The notes below the pieces were generated by a model that made no database searches, was not told where the DNA came from, and saw nothing but the letters and a program-made list of their open reading frames with translations. The translations under genes were made by a program, and so were the position numbers. DNA of 64,000 nucleotides from a virus (lineage: Duplodnaviria; Caudoviricetes), in the IMG/VR virus record IMGVR_UViG_3300025732_000002, positions 1,209-65,208 of that record; one strand, 5' to 3'. Positions 19,837 to 31,400 of this stretch are shown in pieces (position 1 is the first letter of the stretch; each line of letters starts with the position of its first letter).

Positions 19837-22011
19837 ATGCCCTTACAGAAACTTCAGTTCCGACCGGGTGTCAACCGGGAATCAACCACGTTGGCCAACG
19901 AGGGCGGTTGGTTTGAGTCCGACAAGGTGCGCTTCCGTTCCGGCTACCCCGAGAAGATTGGTGGCTGGGTCAAGGATGCTGGCGTAGTTACCGAGCCCGC
20001 CGTGCCGCCTACCGGTATGTTCTGGGGTATCTGCCGATCCATGTGGAACTGGGTGTCCCTGAACGGGTTCAACCTGCTGAGCCTTGCGACAAACTCAAAA
20101 CTCTATATCCAGAACGGGACTGGCGGGGACATCAACGATGTGACGCCGCTTCGGGCCACCACGGTGGCAGGCCAGGTAACCTTTGCCGCTACGTCTGGCT
20201 CAACCACAATTGTTGTCACTAACTCAGGCTGGGGCGGCAACACGGGTGACTTCGTGACGTTCACCGGGGCGGTATCGCTGGGCGGCAATATCACGGCAGC
20301 CGTCCTCAACAGTGAGTTTCAGGTAACCTATCTTTCTCCCAGCACCTACAGTATTACAGCCAGCGTTGCAGCTAATGCCAGCGACGTTGGAAACGGCGGA
20401 TCGCTTACGATTGCGTACTACCAGATTGCTACGGGCCCCAGTGTGTTTGGCGCCGTTAACGGTTGGGGTGCTGGTACGTGGGGCGGTGTTGTGGCTGCAC
20501 CCGGCACAAACACAGGCTGGGGTGATGAAGCTGCGTCTGGGATCAGTGTTCAGTTGCGCACATGGAGCCAGTCTAATTTTGGCCAAGACCTGATCGCCAA
20601 CCCGCGTGGCGGCCCAATCTACTACTGGGCGTTCAATACTGTTGTGCCCACGCAGTTTAACCGGGCTGTGCCGCTCACCCAGCAGACGGTGACTTTTAGC
20701 ATTGGGGCTTCTGAGGTTACGCTGGCTAGTTATCTGGCTGAGGGCACAGGCGTTTACTTCACGACAAACGGAACGCTTCCGACTGGGGTAACCGCAAACA
20801 CCACGTACTATCTAGTAGAAACCGCTACCCCGCTGGTCTACACACTATCGTCTACCGTGGATTTACTTACGCCGGTTGTTATGAGCGGCACAACTGGCGG
20901 CACTTCGCTGATGTTTGTGGCTGATGCGCCGGTCGTTTGTAACTACGTCATGGTGTCTGACGCTTCTCGCTTTATCTTGGCGTTTGGCGTTAACGACTAC
21001 GGATCGACCGCGCAAGACCCGATGCTAGTGCGCTGGTCCGACCAAGAAAGCCCCAATGTGTGGACGCCGTCCATTACCAACCAAGCGGGTAGCTATCGAC
21101 TGAGCCGGGGGTCGCAAATTATTACGGCCATTCAGACTCGTCAGGAAGTGTTGGTGTTGACCGATGCAGCCATTTATTCCATGCAGTATCTTGGAGCCCC
21201 GTACGTCTGGGGTGTTCAAATCATGGGAGACAACATCTCTATCCTGGGCCCCAACTGCGTTGCTACAGTCAACAACATTACGTACTGGATGGGTGTCGAC
21301 AAGTTCTACATGTACTCCGGTCGAGTGGAAACCCTTCCATGCACCTTGCGTCAGTACGTCTATGACGACATCAATACCACGCAGGGCTTCCAGGCGTTTG
21401 CCGGAACCAATGAGGGTTACAACGAAATCTGGTGGTTTTATTGCTCTGCTTCTTCTTCCACGATAGACAAGTACGTTGTCTACAACTACCTGGAGCGCAC
21501 TTGGTATTACGGCACGCTGGCTCGCAGTTCTTGGCTAGATAGCCCGCTGCGCTCGCAGCCGATGGCCACTCCCTACGCTGGGTCAAACGGCCAGCTGGTG
21601 TACCACGAAACCGGCAACGACGACGGCACGACTAATCCCGCTTCGCCTATCACTGCCTACGTGCAGTCCTCGGACTTTGATATTGGCGACGGCCACAACT
21701 TTGGTTTTGTGTGGCGCATGATCCCCGACATCACGTTTGATGGCTCGAACGTCAACAAACCCCAGGCCAACTTTACTGTGCGCCCACGGCAGTTCCCCGG
21801 CACCAACTACGGCACGTCGGACAACCCGGCGGTCAAGAGCACGCAGAACTACGCGGGCCAGCAGTCCTACAACGTGCAGCAGTTCACCGAGCAGGTTTAT
21901 GTCCGTCTGCGTGGTCGTCAGATGGCGTTTCGCGTGGAGTCCACTGAACTTGGTGTGGCCTGGCAGCTGGGAACCCCGCGTATGGATGTGCGCCCGGATG
22001 GTCGTCGATGA
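19837..22011 (+). CDS. Tail nozzle / stabilisation protein (tubular B-like)
   Basis: 724 aa; VRWSDQE, NEIWWFY; precedes ejection genes. Confidence 0.65.
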   Translation: MPLQKLQFRPGVNRESTTLANEGGWFESDKVRFRSGYPEKIGGWVKDAGVVTEPAVPPTGMFWGICRSMWNWVSLNGFNLLSLATNSKLYIQNGTGGDINDVTPLRATTVAGQVTFAATSGSTTIVVTNSGWGGNTGDFVTFTGAVSLGGNITAAVLNSEFQVTYLSPSTYSITASVAANASDVGNGGSLTIAYYQIATGPSVFGAVNGWGAGTWGGVVAAPGTNTGWGDEAASGISVQLRTWSQSNFGQDLIANPRGGPIYYWAFNTVVPTQFNRAVPLTQQTVTFSIGASEVTLASYLAEGTGVYFTTNGTLPTGVTANTTYYLVETATPLVYTLSSTVDLLTPVVMSGTTGGTSLMFVADAPVVCNYVMVSDASRFILAFGVNDYGSTAQDPMLVRWSDQESPNVWTPSITNQAGSYRLSRGSQIITAIQTRQEVLVLTDAAIYSMQYLGAPYVWGVQIMGDNISILGPNCVATVNNITYWMGVDKFYMYSGRVETLPCTLRQYVYDDINTTQGFQAFAGTNEGYNEIWWFYCSASSSTIDKYVVYNYLERTWYYGTLARSSWLDSPLRSQPMATPYAGSNGQLVYHETGNDDGTTNPASPITAYVQSSDFDIGDGHNFGFVWRMIPDITFDGSNVNKPQANFTVRPRQFPGTNYGTSDNPAVKSTQNYAGQQSYNVQQFTEQVYVRLRGRQMAFRVESTELGVAWQLGTPRMDVRPDGRR

Positions 22012-22682
22012 GCAACTTGTTTGTTTATACCGAGCAAGACCTCAACAGGTTCGTTGCTCCGCGTCTGGCAGCCGCCCCGGTCGAGTACGACCAGCGGTTT
22101 ATGGATCAGTACACCAACATCCTGCGCCTGTACTTCAATCAACTGGACAGCTTTAACAGCCAGCTGCGTACAACCGCATTGTCCCCCATCAATGATGGGT
22201 CGGCCATTTATTTCCCCAACGGGGCGTTTTCATCTTCGGCTTCACAAACGGCAGCCAGCACCACAGCGGCTTACGATATTACGTTTACTGACACCGACGC
22301 GTCTAACTACGTTTCGTTGGTAAGCGGGTATCAAGTAACTACTGCCAAAGCGGGGCGGTATAACTTTCAGTACAGTATTCAGTGCGCCAACCTGGCCAAC
22401 TCCACGGAATCCATCGACGTTTGGTTTCTTTATAACGGCACCAACATACCGCGCTCCAACACCCGGATTGGTATGGCCGCCCGTAAGAACCCAGCAACGC
22501 CGTTCTATGCGGTAGGTACGGTGAACTTGCTTGTTGATATGGCCGCAGGGGACAACGTCAGCTTACAGTGGCACACCACAAATACTGACGCATTTATCCA
22601 GTCAGAGCCCGTGGCGGCTACCCCTACACGCCCGGCAATACCGTCCGTGATCTTCACGGCGACGTTTGTGTCGAAGATCTGA
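22008..22682 (+). CDS. Tail-associated protein with beta-sandwich C-terminus
   Basis: LRLYFNQLD; AG.YNFQYSIQ; PAIPSVI. Confidence 0.65.
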   Translation: MSNLFVYTEQDLNRFVAPRLAAAPVEYDQRFMDQYTNILRLYFNQLDSFNSQLRTTALSPINDGSAIYFPNGAFSSSASQTAASTTAAYDITFTDTDASNYVSLVSGYQVTTAKAGRYNFQYSIQCANLANSTESIDVWFLYNGTNIPRSNTRIGMAARKNPATPFYAVGTVNLLVDMAAGDNVSLQWHTTNTDAFIQSEPVAATPTRPAIPSVIFTATFVSKI

Positions 22683-22718
22683 AAATGGTACGATTTGACA
22701 ACTTTTTAGGAGAACACC

Positions 22719-24077
22719 ATGGCTGGTGGTGGAGTTGGTGAAGCCGCCCTAGCGGCAGAAGCATTAGGCGCAGCAGAGGTTGCCGGAACTGCTGCAGGTG
22801 CTGGTGGTTTTCTTGAAGGCATGGCAGGAGTCTCTGCGCTTGAGGGCGCTGGCGTTGCCGGTCTTGGTCTTGGCACTGGTGCGGGGCTCACTACGGGCGC
22901 TGGTTTGGCCGGTGGCTTGGGGGCTTTATCCCCCGCTTTTCAAACTGCCCTTGCAGAAACTGCTGTAGTCAATCCCGAGATTGCAGCTCAATTTGCGCAA
23001 GCGGCTAATGCGGGCGCTGTTCCTTCTGCCTCTTCCATTCTTGGCGCTGGGCAGATGGGCGATCCAGCCCTGATACAGGCCGCCCAAGGTGCTGGCAACG
23101 TTGCCAGTCAAGGATTGCAGGCTGGTAACTTTGCTCAGCAAATTCCTGCTCAATATCAAACCGCCATGAGTCAGCTCGCGCAGGGCGCCGGGCAATATCC
23201 GGGGACGCAACTGGCATCTCTTGGAAATGCGGGCGTTTCTGATGCTCTGGCCCGTGGTGTTGCTGGTCCTGGTGAAGCGGGATGGGGTATGGATCTTGGG
23301 GCTGCAGAAGTTCCATTTACGCCAGGAGATCCAAGAGCCGCTATTCCGCCAGTAGAGGGTATGCTTGATGCGGCAACCGGGAGAATTCCAGAAACGCCCG
23401 GCATTATGAACCTGCTTTCCAGGGGCTATGATGCTTGGAAAAACTCAGATCCTTTTATAAAGTACGGTAGTGCTGGATTGGCTGCTGCAAAATATCTTGG
23501 CAAGCCAACTGCTGCTTATGCGCCTCCCGGATACTCCGGTCCTTTATCTAAGTTTACGTACAACCCCAATACGTACACCCCTTATACGTACAAACCCTAT
23601 GCTGCTGGCGGTCCGGTGGAAGAAATGTCTCGCGAGAACGCGTTGGGTGCCAACACCGGCTACCCCCAGGCAGACATTCGACAAGGGGCCTACGCTACGC
23701 CCTGGCAGACCCCCGTGTCCCGCAATGTTGTGGCAGGAGCTGATGACGCTAATGTGGACATGATGACGGGCGCCGAGCGCATGGCAGGTGGCGGCATTGC
23801 CAACCTGGGCGGCTACTCTGATGGCGGACGTCTGCTCAAAGGCCCGGGTGACGGTATGTCGGACAACATCCCCGCTACTATCTCTGGCAAACAGCCTGCC
23901 CGCCTAGCTGACGGTGAGTTTGTTGTGCCGGCCGACGTAGTCTCTGGCCTTGGCAACGGCTCCACTGACGCAGGCGCCAAGCACCTGTACAGCATGATGG
24001 ACAAGGTTCGTAAAGCCAGAACAGGAACAAAGAAGCAGGGTAGAGAGATTAACCCTCGTAAATATCTACCTGCTTAA
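22719..24077 (+). CDS. Putative internal virion / ejection protein
   Basis: G/A-rich; GPGDGMSDNIPA..ARLADGEFVVPADVVS; several xxGG motifs. Confidence 0.7.
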   Translation: MAGGGVGEAALAAEALGAAEVAGTAAGAGGFLEGMAGVSALEGAGVAGLGLGTGAGLTTGAGLAGGLGALSPAFQTALAETAVVNPEIAAQFAQAANAGAVPSASSILGAGQMGDPALIQAAQGAGNVASQGLQAGNFAQQIPAQYQTAMSQLAQGAGQYPGTQLASLGNAGVSDALARGVAGPGEAGWGMDLGAAEVPFTPGDPRAAIPPVEGMLDAATGRIPETPGIMNLLSRGYDAWKNSDPFIKYGSAGLAAAKYLGKPTAAYAPPGYSGPLSKFTYNPNTYTPYTYKPYAAGGPVEEMSRENALGANTGYPQADIRQGAYATPWQTPVSRNVVAGADDANVDMMTGAERMAGGGIANLGGYSDGGRLLKGPGDGMSDNIPATISGKQPARLADGEFVVPADVVSGLGNGSTDAGAKHLYSMMDKVRKARTGTKKQGREINPRKYLPA

Positions 24078-24079
24078 AC

Positions 24080-24487
24080 ATGCCGCTTCACCAAGTACTA
24101 CCTATTCATCTGCCGAAGGTGTGGCCAATTGCAGCCCCACTGTTGCAAAAGGCGATTGATATAGATCCTGAAGCAATCACGATTGAACAGGTGGAGTACT
24201 CGGTTCGGACTGGCAAGACATTTTTGCTGGTTTGGGAAGAGCTGGAAGTCGGGATAACGGGTGCTGCGACAGTTGACTTTATTGACTATCCGCGTGAACG
24301 GGTAGCCCATGTGAATTTGATGGGCGGCAAGGGGATAGTCAGGCAGCACATTTTTGAGCATGCCAAAGAATGGATGAAGGCATATGGGGCTACCAAGGCG
24401 CAATGCTGGTGTCGCGATGAGCTAGTCCCGATGTACAAAAAGATGGGTATGGAAGAAACCCATCATGTGATGAGGATCAAATTATGA
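24080..24487 (+). CDS. Putative GNAT-fold acyltransferase
   Basis: 135 aa between internal-protein genes; weak GNAT-like pattern (YKKMG). Confidence 0.5.
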   Translation: MPLHQVLPIHLPKVWPIAAPLLQKAIDIDPEAITIEQVEYSVRTGKTFLLVWEELEVGITGAATVDFIDYPRERVAHVNLMGGKGIVRQHIFEHAKEWMKAYGATKAQCWCRDELVPMYKKMGMEETHHVMRIKL

Positions 24488-26073
24488 GCTATTCACGCCG
24501 ACAACTCTACGCCATGGGCGAGACATTGGGAGATTGCGTCACTCGCAAGGAGGGCGGCCGGATTGTGTATGGTGGTGGCGGAAGTGGCGGCGGAGGTGGG
24601 GCGCCGACTCAAAGCACAACCAACACCTCTAACATTCCTGAATACGCTCGTCCGTATGTAGAGACAATGTTGGGCGCTACCCAGCAGCAGCTGTTTAATA
24701 CCGCCCCCGGACCCGACGGCACCACGCAGATTACTAGCGTTAAGCCGTACCAAGCGTTTGGTTCAGCTTCAGGGGAGGTTGATGCCAGCGGAAATCCGAT
24801 GCTTAGAGGTTTGGGACCGGGAGAGATGACGGCCGCTCGCTCTGCTTACGCTCCGTTTGATCCGTTGCAAAACCAAGCATACCAAGGAGCGGCAAACCTC
24901 CAAGTTCCAGGTCAGTACGGCCAAGCCACGGACGTGGCTGGGGCTGGCATCATGGGCGCTCTTGGAACCGCAGGACAAGCGGGTCAGTACGGCGGTCTTG
25001 GTGCTCAGTACGGTGGCATGGGGGCGCAAGCAGGACAGCGAGCTGGTATGTACGGCGGCATGGGCGCACAAGCGGGGCGTCAAGGCATGGGCTACGGTGG
25101 CATGGGGGCGCAAGCAGGCCTACAAGGCATGCAATACGGGGCCGAAGCTGGACAAGCAGGAGCACAGTACGCACAACAGGCAACTGACCCCTACGCCACG
25201 CAAGCGTATATGTCCCCATACATGCAAAACGTGGTGGGTGTACAGCAACGCGAAGCACAGCGTGCGTCGGATATTCTGGGCGCACAACAGCGTGGTCAAG
25301 CCACGCAAGCCGGGGCTTTTGGTGGCGGTCGTCAAGCCATCATGGAGGCAGAACGCCAGCGCAATTTAGCCACGCAGATGGGCGGTATTCAAGCCACCGG
25401 GCTGCAATCGGCTTTTGATCAAGCGCGTCAGGCCCAACAGTTTGGCGCCAATCTTGGACTACAAGGCAAACAAGCTGCCATGCAAGGCGCTGGTCTCGGT
25501 ATTCAAGGTGCTCAAGCCGGTATGCAAGGCGCCGGTCTAGGTATTCAAGGTGCCCAGACAGGTATTCAGGGACAGCAAGCCGGTATTCAAGGCGCTCAAG
25601 CTGGTATGCAAGGCGCTCAGATTGGGCTGCAAGGTGTTGGCGCTCAGCAGGCGGGTTATGGCCAGGCCATTCAAGGCGCCGGTCAGTTGGGCAATCTGGG
25701 TACGCAACAACTGGCAGCACAGCAAGGAATTCTTGGAACGCAGGCGCAGTATGGCGCGTCACGTCAAGCGTACGATCAAAACGTTCTGAACCAGGCTATC
25801 CAGAACTATGCAATGCAGACGCAGTATCCGCAGCAACAGCTGGCGTTCATGAACGCTCAGTTGCGCGGTCTGCCCATGCAGGCTTCTACGACGCAGTCGT
25901 ATCAGGCGCCGCCGAGCTACTTGTCCCAGGCGGCAGGTCTGGGCGTGACTGGATTGGCGCTCAATAAGCTGGGTGCATTTGGTAAAAAGGGCGGTCTACC
26001 CAAGGACTTCGAGAAGAAGCGCATGGACGACGGCATCGCAGGTCTTGGCCTGTATAACGCAATGAAAAGCTAA
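24484..26073 (+). CDS. Putative ejection protein with G/A/Q heptad repeats
   Basis: AYMSPYMQNVV, AGAFGGGR; GAQAGMQ/GAGLGIQ repeats. Confidence 0.7.
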   Translation: MSYSRRQLYAMGETLGDCVTRKEGGRIVYGGGGSGGGGGAPTQSTTNTSNIPEYARPYVETMLGATQQQLFNTAPGPDGTTQITSVKPYQAFGSASGEVDASGNPMLRGLGPGEMTAARSAYAPFDPLQNQAYQGAANLQVPGQYGQATDVAGAGIMGALGTAGQAGQYGGLGAQYGGMGAQAGQRAGMYGGMGAQAGRQGMGYGGMGAQAGLQGMQYGAEAGQAGAQYAQQATDPYATQAYMSPYMQNVVGVQQREAQRASDILGAQQRGQATQAGAFGGGRQAIMEAERQRNLATQMGGIQATGLQSAFDQARQAQQFGANLGLQGKQAAMQGAGLGIQGAQAGMQGAGLGIQGAQTGIQGQQAGIQGAQAGMQGAQIGLQGVGAQQAGYGQAIQGAGQLGNLGTQQLAAQQGILGTQAQYGASRQAYDQNVLNQAIQNYAMQTQYPQQQLAFMNAQLRGLPMQASTTQSYQAPPSYLSQAAGLGVTGLALNKLGAFGKKGGLPKDFEKKRMDDGIAGLGLYNAMKS

Positions 26074-26082
26074 GGAACTGGC

Positions 26083-28452
26083 ATGAGCATCCAAGCTGGA
26101 CTTAAAGAGCGCGCCTATGCCATTGCCGAGATGGCTCGCACGCCGGATCAGATCAAGGCTGCCCAGCGCAGTCTGAGCCAGGCCGTGCAGAATGGCACGC
26201 TGCCGTCTTACGTTGGCATCCCGCTGATCAGCGAGCTGAACCAGAAGATGGCCAAAGCGGCCATGCCTCCTGCCGCCCCCGCTCCGCAACAGCCGCCCAT
26301 TGCCCAGCAGGTGATGCAGCAGGCTCAGGCTGACCAAGGAGTGGCAACGTTGCCATCCAACCTGCCGCAGGAAGAGATGGCTGGCGGTGGGATTGTTGCC
26401 TTTGCTGGCGGCGGGGGAACGGACCGCGGCATGATTGAGGCCCTGCTTGGCCGGGAAGAGGACGAGTCCGACGAGGAATACGACGAGATGGTCAGCGCCT
26501 TAGCTGGTGCCGGCCGCATGCCTGACATCAGCAGAATCCTGAAGATGGTGGAAGATTCAAACCTGCCGTCGGATGAGGGCATTGAGTCCTTGTCGCCGGT
26601 GGCGTCCAAGACTTTCCTGACCCGTACGCCTGAAGGCGCCGCGGTGGAGAATGTGACCCGTCGCGAGGGTGATGGCACGGTTCAGGTTGAGCGGGACAAG
26701 AAGGCCATCAGCGCCGAAGATGATGCGCTGCTCAAGTACGTGTTGGCCAAGGAAAGTGGCGGCCGTCGCTATGACCGATCGGGCAATCTGCTCACTTCTC
26801 CCAAGGGTGCGCAAGGCGAGATGCAGGTTATGCCCGGCACCCAGCTTGACCCCGGGTTTGGGGTTGAGCCTGCGCGCGACCGTAGCCCTGACGAGATCGC
26901 TCGAGTTGGGCGTGACTACCTGAAAGCCATGCGTCAGCGTTACGGTGATGACAAGTTGGCGGCCATTGCCTACAACATGGGGCCTGGTGCTACTGATAGG
27001 TGGCTGGCGTCTGGTGCCGATCCTGCTCGCCTGCCCGCTGAAACGCGCCAGTATGTTGCCGGCATGGCTGGTGGCGGTGCTGTGCGCTTCCAGAATCGTG
27101 GCGCAGTAAGCTTGGGCGGGATAGGTGATCTTGCCGAAATGTCTGCTGAAGAGATTAGGGATGCTGCTCGCCGTCGCCTGCGTATGGAGCAAGCGCGCGC
27201 GGCATTCTCTGCAATGCCTGAAGCCGTTGCTCCTCCCGCTGCTACGCCATCCGCCGCTACGCCTTCCGCATCTTCTGCAACAAAAGGAATGGGTACGTTT
27301 GGTCGAATTGCAGGGCCGCTTGGACTTGCCACTTTGGGCTTTGACATTGGCAAAAATGTTATGGAACGCAAGCAGGCGGATGAGCTGAAGAAGTACGGCG
27401 CAGAACCTGAGCCGACTGCAGACGAGCTTGAGCGCGCATCACGTCCTGCGTTCATGAAAGACGTGAGCATGAGCCCGAAGGAGCAGCAAGAGCGCGGCAT
27501 CAAGCCTTTGGCTCCTTTGACCTACACGCCTGCTGGAGTTGAGACCTACGGACCTCGCCCGGGATATACGCCGCCGGCCAAGCCCGGGAAAACCGGGGAA
27601 ACTGGCCCAGTTACTTTCTCTGGAATTTCTCCGTTTGATGTGGACGAAGAGAACCAGCGCATTGCTGCCGAGAAAGCCCGTCAAGAAGAAGCTGCTCGAT
27701 ATACCGCTCAAGATATTGAAAGTGGGCCCGGAGCTGCTGGCGTAGGTGGTACTGAGACGGCCGCAGGCGGCAAAGGCGCCGGGACATCCGAAGAAGAACC
27801 AAAGAGCAAACTGGAGCAACTGCTCGAGGCGCGTTTGGGTCGTTTGGATAAGCAGCGCGAAGAGGATAAGTACTTGGCTCTGCTTGCTGCCGGCTTGGGT
27901 ATTGCTGGTGGTACATCGCCATATGCCCTTGCAAACATTGGCCAAGGCGGGCAGGCTGGAGTTTCTTCCCTGCTGCGCTCGGCCGCGACCCGCACCGCAG
28001 AAGAGAATGCCATCATGCAAGGTCAGCTTGGCCTTGAGCGCTACAAGAGCTTGGCTGATATCCGTAGACAGGGCTTGGAATCCCAGAAGTTCCTCAAAGG
28101 CTTGGAGCTTGATCTCAGGAAGCAGGTTGAAGAGGGCAAGATTACCAAGGCTCAAGAGGGGCAGCGTCTGCGCGCGGCAGAGATTGCTCGTCGCATGGAG
28201 CAGGACTATTTGGGTCGGGCTGAAACCACGGCAAAAGGATTGGTGTCCAAGAACCCGCTGCTTTCTATGGATGAGGGCAAGTCAAATGCCTTTGTTCAAG
28301 ATGCTGTTGCCGCTGCCAGAAACAGGCTTAACCTGCATACGGGTTATCGCAACTTGATGCGTCAGGCTTATGATGGGTATGATCCCGGTGAAATAGACGT
28401 GGGTCAGGACATGAATGACCTGCTCGGGAAGTATCTAAAACCCAAAAAGTAA
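26083..28452 (+). CDS. Internal virion protein with lytic transglycosylase (SLT) domain
   Basis: KESGG..SPKGAQGEMQVMP..AYNMGPG..ETRQYV. Confidence 0.85.
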   Translation: MSIQAGLKERAYAIAEMARTPDQIKAAQRSLSQAVQNGTLPSYVGIPLISELNQKMAKAAMPPAAPAPQQPPIAQQVMQQAQADQGVATLPSNLPQEEMAGGGIVAFAGGGGTDRGMIEALLGREEDESDEEYDEMVSALAGAGRMPDISRILKMVEDSNLPSDEGIESLSPVASKTFLTRTPEGAAVENVTRREGDGTVQVERDKKAISAEDDALLKYVLAKESGGRRYDRSGNLLTSPKGAQGEMQVMPGTQLDPGFGVEPARDRSPDEIARVGRDYLKAMRQRYGDDKLAAIAYNMGPGATDRWLASGADPARLPAETRQYVAGMAGGGAVRFQNRGAVSLGGIGDLAEMSAEEIRDAARRRLRMEQARAAFSAMPEAVAPPAATPSAATPSASSATKGMGTFGRIAGPLGLATLGFDIGKNVMERKQADELKKYGAEPEPTADELERASRPAFMKDVSMSPKEQQERGIKPLAPLTYTPAGVETYGPRPGYTPPAKPGKTGETGPVTFSGISPFDVDEENQRIAAEKARQEEAARYTAQDIESGPGAAGVGGTETAAGGKGAGTSEEEPKSKLEQLLEARLGRLDKQREEDKYLALLAAGLGIAGGTSPYALANIGQGGQAGVSSLLRSAATRTAEENAIMQGQLGLERYKSLADIRRQGLESQKFLKGLELDLRKQVEEGKITKAQEGQRLRAAEIARRMEQDYLGRAETTAKGLVSKNPLLSMDEGKSNAFVQDAVAAARNRLNLHTGYRNLMRQAYDGYDPGEIDVGQDMNDLLGKYLKPKK

Positions 28453-28461
28453 GGGTGCCCC

Positions 28462-31400
28462 ATGGCAACAGTTGAGGATCTCTTTGCTGCATTGAAAGCT
28501 GCCGATGCGGCAGGGAACACCGAGGACGCAACCAAGATCGCTCAATACCTGAGTGGTCTTGGATATGGGCCCAAGATAGAAGCCGCTCCGCCCAAGAAAG
28601 AAACTGGCTTCAAGGATTACTTAAAGGACATTCCTAAAGCCGTTGGCCGTGGTGCCACTGGTCTGTTGGAAACGTCTGCAATTGGCGCGTCTGCCCTGTT
28701 GCCGGAAGACTACGAGAAGTCTGTTCGAGCTGGCATTGAGAGCTTGGCCAAACCCACCCGCGAGTACTTGGCTCCTGCTACGCCTGAGATTGGCGAGAGC
28801 GTATCTAGCAAACTGCTTTCTGGTGTTGGATCTACTCTACCATTTTTTGTTGCCGGTCCTTTGGGCCTTGCTGGTCGTGTTGGCGCTGGCGCTCTTGGTG
28901 TTTCCGCTGGTGCCGGTGAAGCGCGTCAGGCCGCAGAACAAGCGGGCGCTACGCCTGAAGAGATTAGTCGGGCTACTGCGTTGGGCGCGCCAACAGGCAT
29001 GCTGGACATTCTTGCCCCCAACATTGGTCCACTCAAGAGTATCTTCACCACTGCCCTTGCCCGCGGTGGGGTGGAAGGTTTGACCGAAGCCGCCCAGAAG
29101 GTGGCCCAGAACTACATTGCCAAAGGCGTCTACGATCCCAAGAAAGACGTGCTTGAAGGATCAGGTGAGGAAGGCGTCTATGGCGCTGGTGTTGGCGCGC
29201 TAACCAGTCTGTTGGTTGATTTGACTCTTGGCCGTCGTGCTAAGGGCGCAGTTACCCCGCCCCCGGAGAGGCCGCCTGCTGCAGCTGCTGCACCAGAAGC
29301 ACCTGCCGCCCTTGGCCTGCCTAGCATAGAGGCCCAGCCGGCCCGCCCCGGGTTCTCTGCGCAACAAGCCCAAGACCTGCGGCAAGAAGCCGAGCAGTTG
29401 GAGCAGATGCGTCAGCAGGCTATTGAGCAGAACCGTCTGGATGACGTGGCCAGGATTGAGGCGGCCATGCTTGCCCAGCAAGAACGTGTTGCCGGCATGT
29501 CAGGGTTTACCCGATCGGATGGCAACGTTGCCATTCGTCAAGCCATGGAAGAGCGGCGACAGGCGGAGGAAGACCAGGTTCGGGCTGAAGCTGTTGCCGC
29601 AGAACGACAGCGCCAAGCGCAGATCAGACAGATTCAGGCAGCCACGTTTGACCCGGATCCTGTGCGAAATGAGCTGATTAAGCGTAGAGAGCTGGAGCGA
29701 TTGGGGGCTGGTCCTGCCGCCCCTGCCGCCCCTGCCGCCCCTGCAGAGCCTGCCGCCCCTGCCCAGCTGGAAGAGCCGGCCGGCCTGTACGGCAAACGTG
29801 AGCCGCTCGAGACTGAGCCGCAAGCCAAGCCCCGTGGCGTGCAGAAGTTTGAATTCACGCCTGAAGAGCAGGCAGAGATCAAGTCCGTCAAGGAAAGTCT
29901 TGCGGCCATCAACAAGGACATTACCGCAGCCAAGGCTCAAAAGACGAGCCTGTTCAAGGCGCTCGAGGGCAAACTGACTTTTCGTCCGGGCTCGATTAAC
30001 CTGGCTGATATCGACGTGGATAAGAAGTCCCTGCGTCGCCTGTACAACAAGGAAGGCAAAGGCGCCCTGCTTGAGGACATGGTTGAGGATGGGGCGCTGG
30101 ACGACTTCCTGCCTCCCGAGAACCGCAAGCTGGTTGGCGGCCAAGAGAATCCAAGGTTTGATTCTCAGGCTGCAATTGATCACATTACCGGCAAGCTGCG
30201 GTCTGGTGATTACACGTCAGAGATTGAGGCTGCAAACTTGGCTGCGCTGGAGCAACAGCGGGATGCGGCCAAGGCTGAGCTGGAGAAACTGGAAACGTTG
30301 CCAGCCATAAATCGTGAGTTGGCTGCAGGTCGTCGCCCTGCCGAGCCAAGTCTGCAGGATCTGATGGAAGAGGCGGCCAACACTGGTTTGGACGTTGAGG
30401 CTATCAAGGAAGATGTTGCTCGCCGCATGCCGGATGCAACTGATGCCCAGTATCGTGGTGCTTTGTACAACGCATTGACGGCGGCAACAAGCAAAGAGCC
30501 GTTATATGAAAAGTATGCCCTGATTAGCGCCAACCCAGAGCAATCCAAAAATGCAAATGCTCACGCCAAAGACTTTGGCGGATCTGTTGTCTACCAAAAT
30601 GGCGACATTGGATTGGTTCAGGCGTACAGTGCAATCAATGGAGACCCTGTTTACATTCCGTTTAAGGGTGAGTATCGGGTTGGGAAAGATATTGAAAGCA
30701 TTCAAACCAACCCTCTTAATCTGACGCCCGAGCAGAAAAAAGAATTGTCGGACGCAAGAAAACAAGTTATTGAAGAAGAATCAAAGCGCAAAGAAACCGT
30801 AGTCAAGTTTGACAAAGATGGTCTTGGTTTTTCAAAGGATATAGATCCACGCATGGTTTCGGTTTTGCGCGGATGGAAAAAGATGTTGAACATTCCAAAT
30901 AATGTTTACATCACAACCATTGAAGACGCTAGAGCAAACAGCAAAAACTTCACGGGTCCGTATCGCCGGATAGGATCTGCAGCGCTTGACCCAAATGCTG
31001 AAGGAACAATGCGTCACCTTGGCAATGGTGAGTACTACATAACATTCACAAAATCTACCAGCGTAGGAAGAATGCTGGAGGTTTTAGCCCATGAGCTTGG
31101 GCACATCCATGAGGTTGTGGTTTTTAACAATGCTTCTCCAGAAATGAAGAAGGCAATTGTTGATGAGTACAACAAGTGGCTGAAATCAAATCAAGGCAAA
31201 ACTGCTCGAGAGCACATTGAAAGCATGCGCGCAAAGCGGTTTGCAAGAAGCGCTGCAGCAAAGACGGATGCATCTTTGATGTCTTCTGAAATGCGGTCCT
31301 ACTGGCGTCGCTTTGATGAGTGGTACGCAGACCAAGTTTCTCGTTGGGCAACCACCCAAGAGAAACCTTTGAGCGTTGTTGAAAAGTTTTTTGCAAAGCT

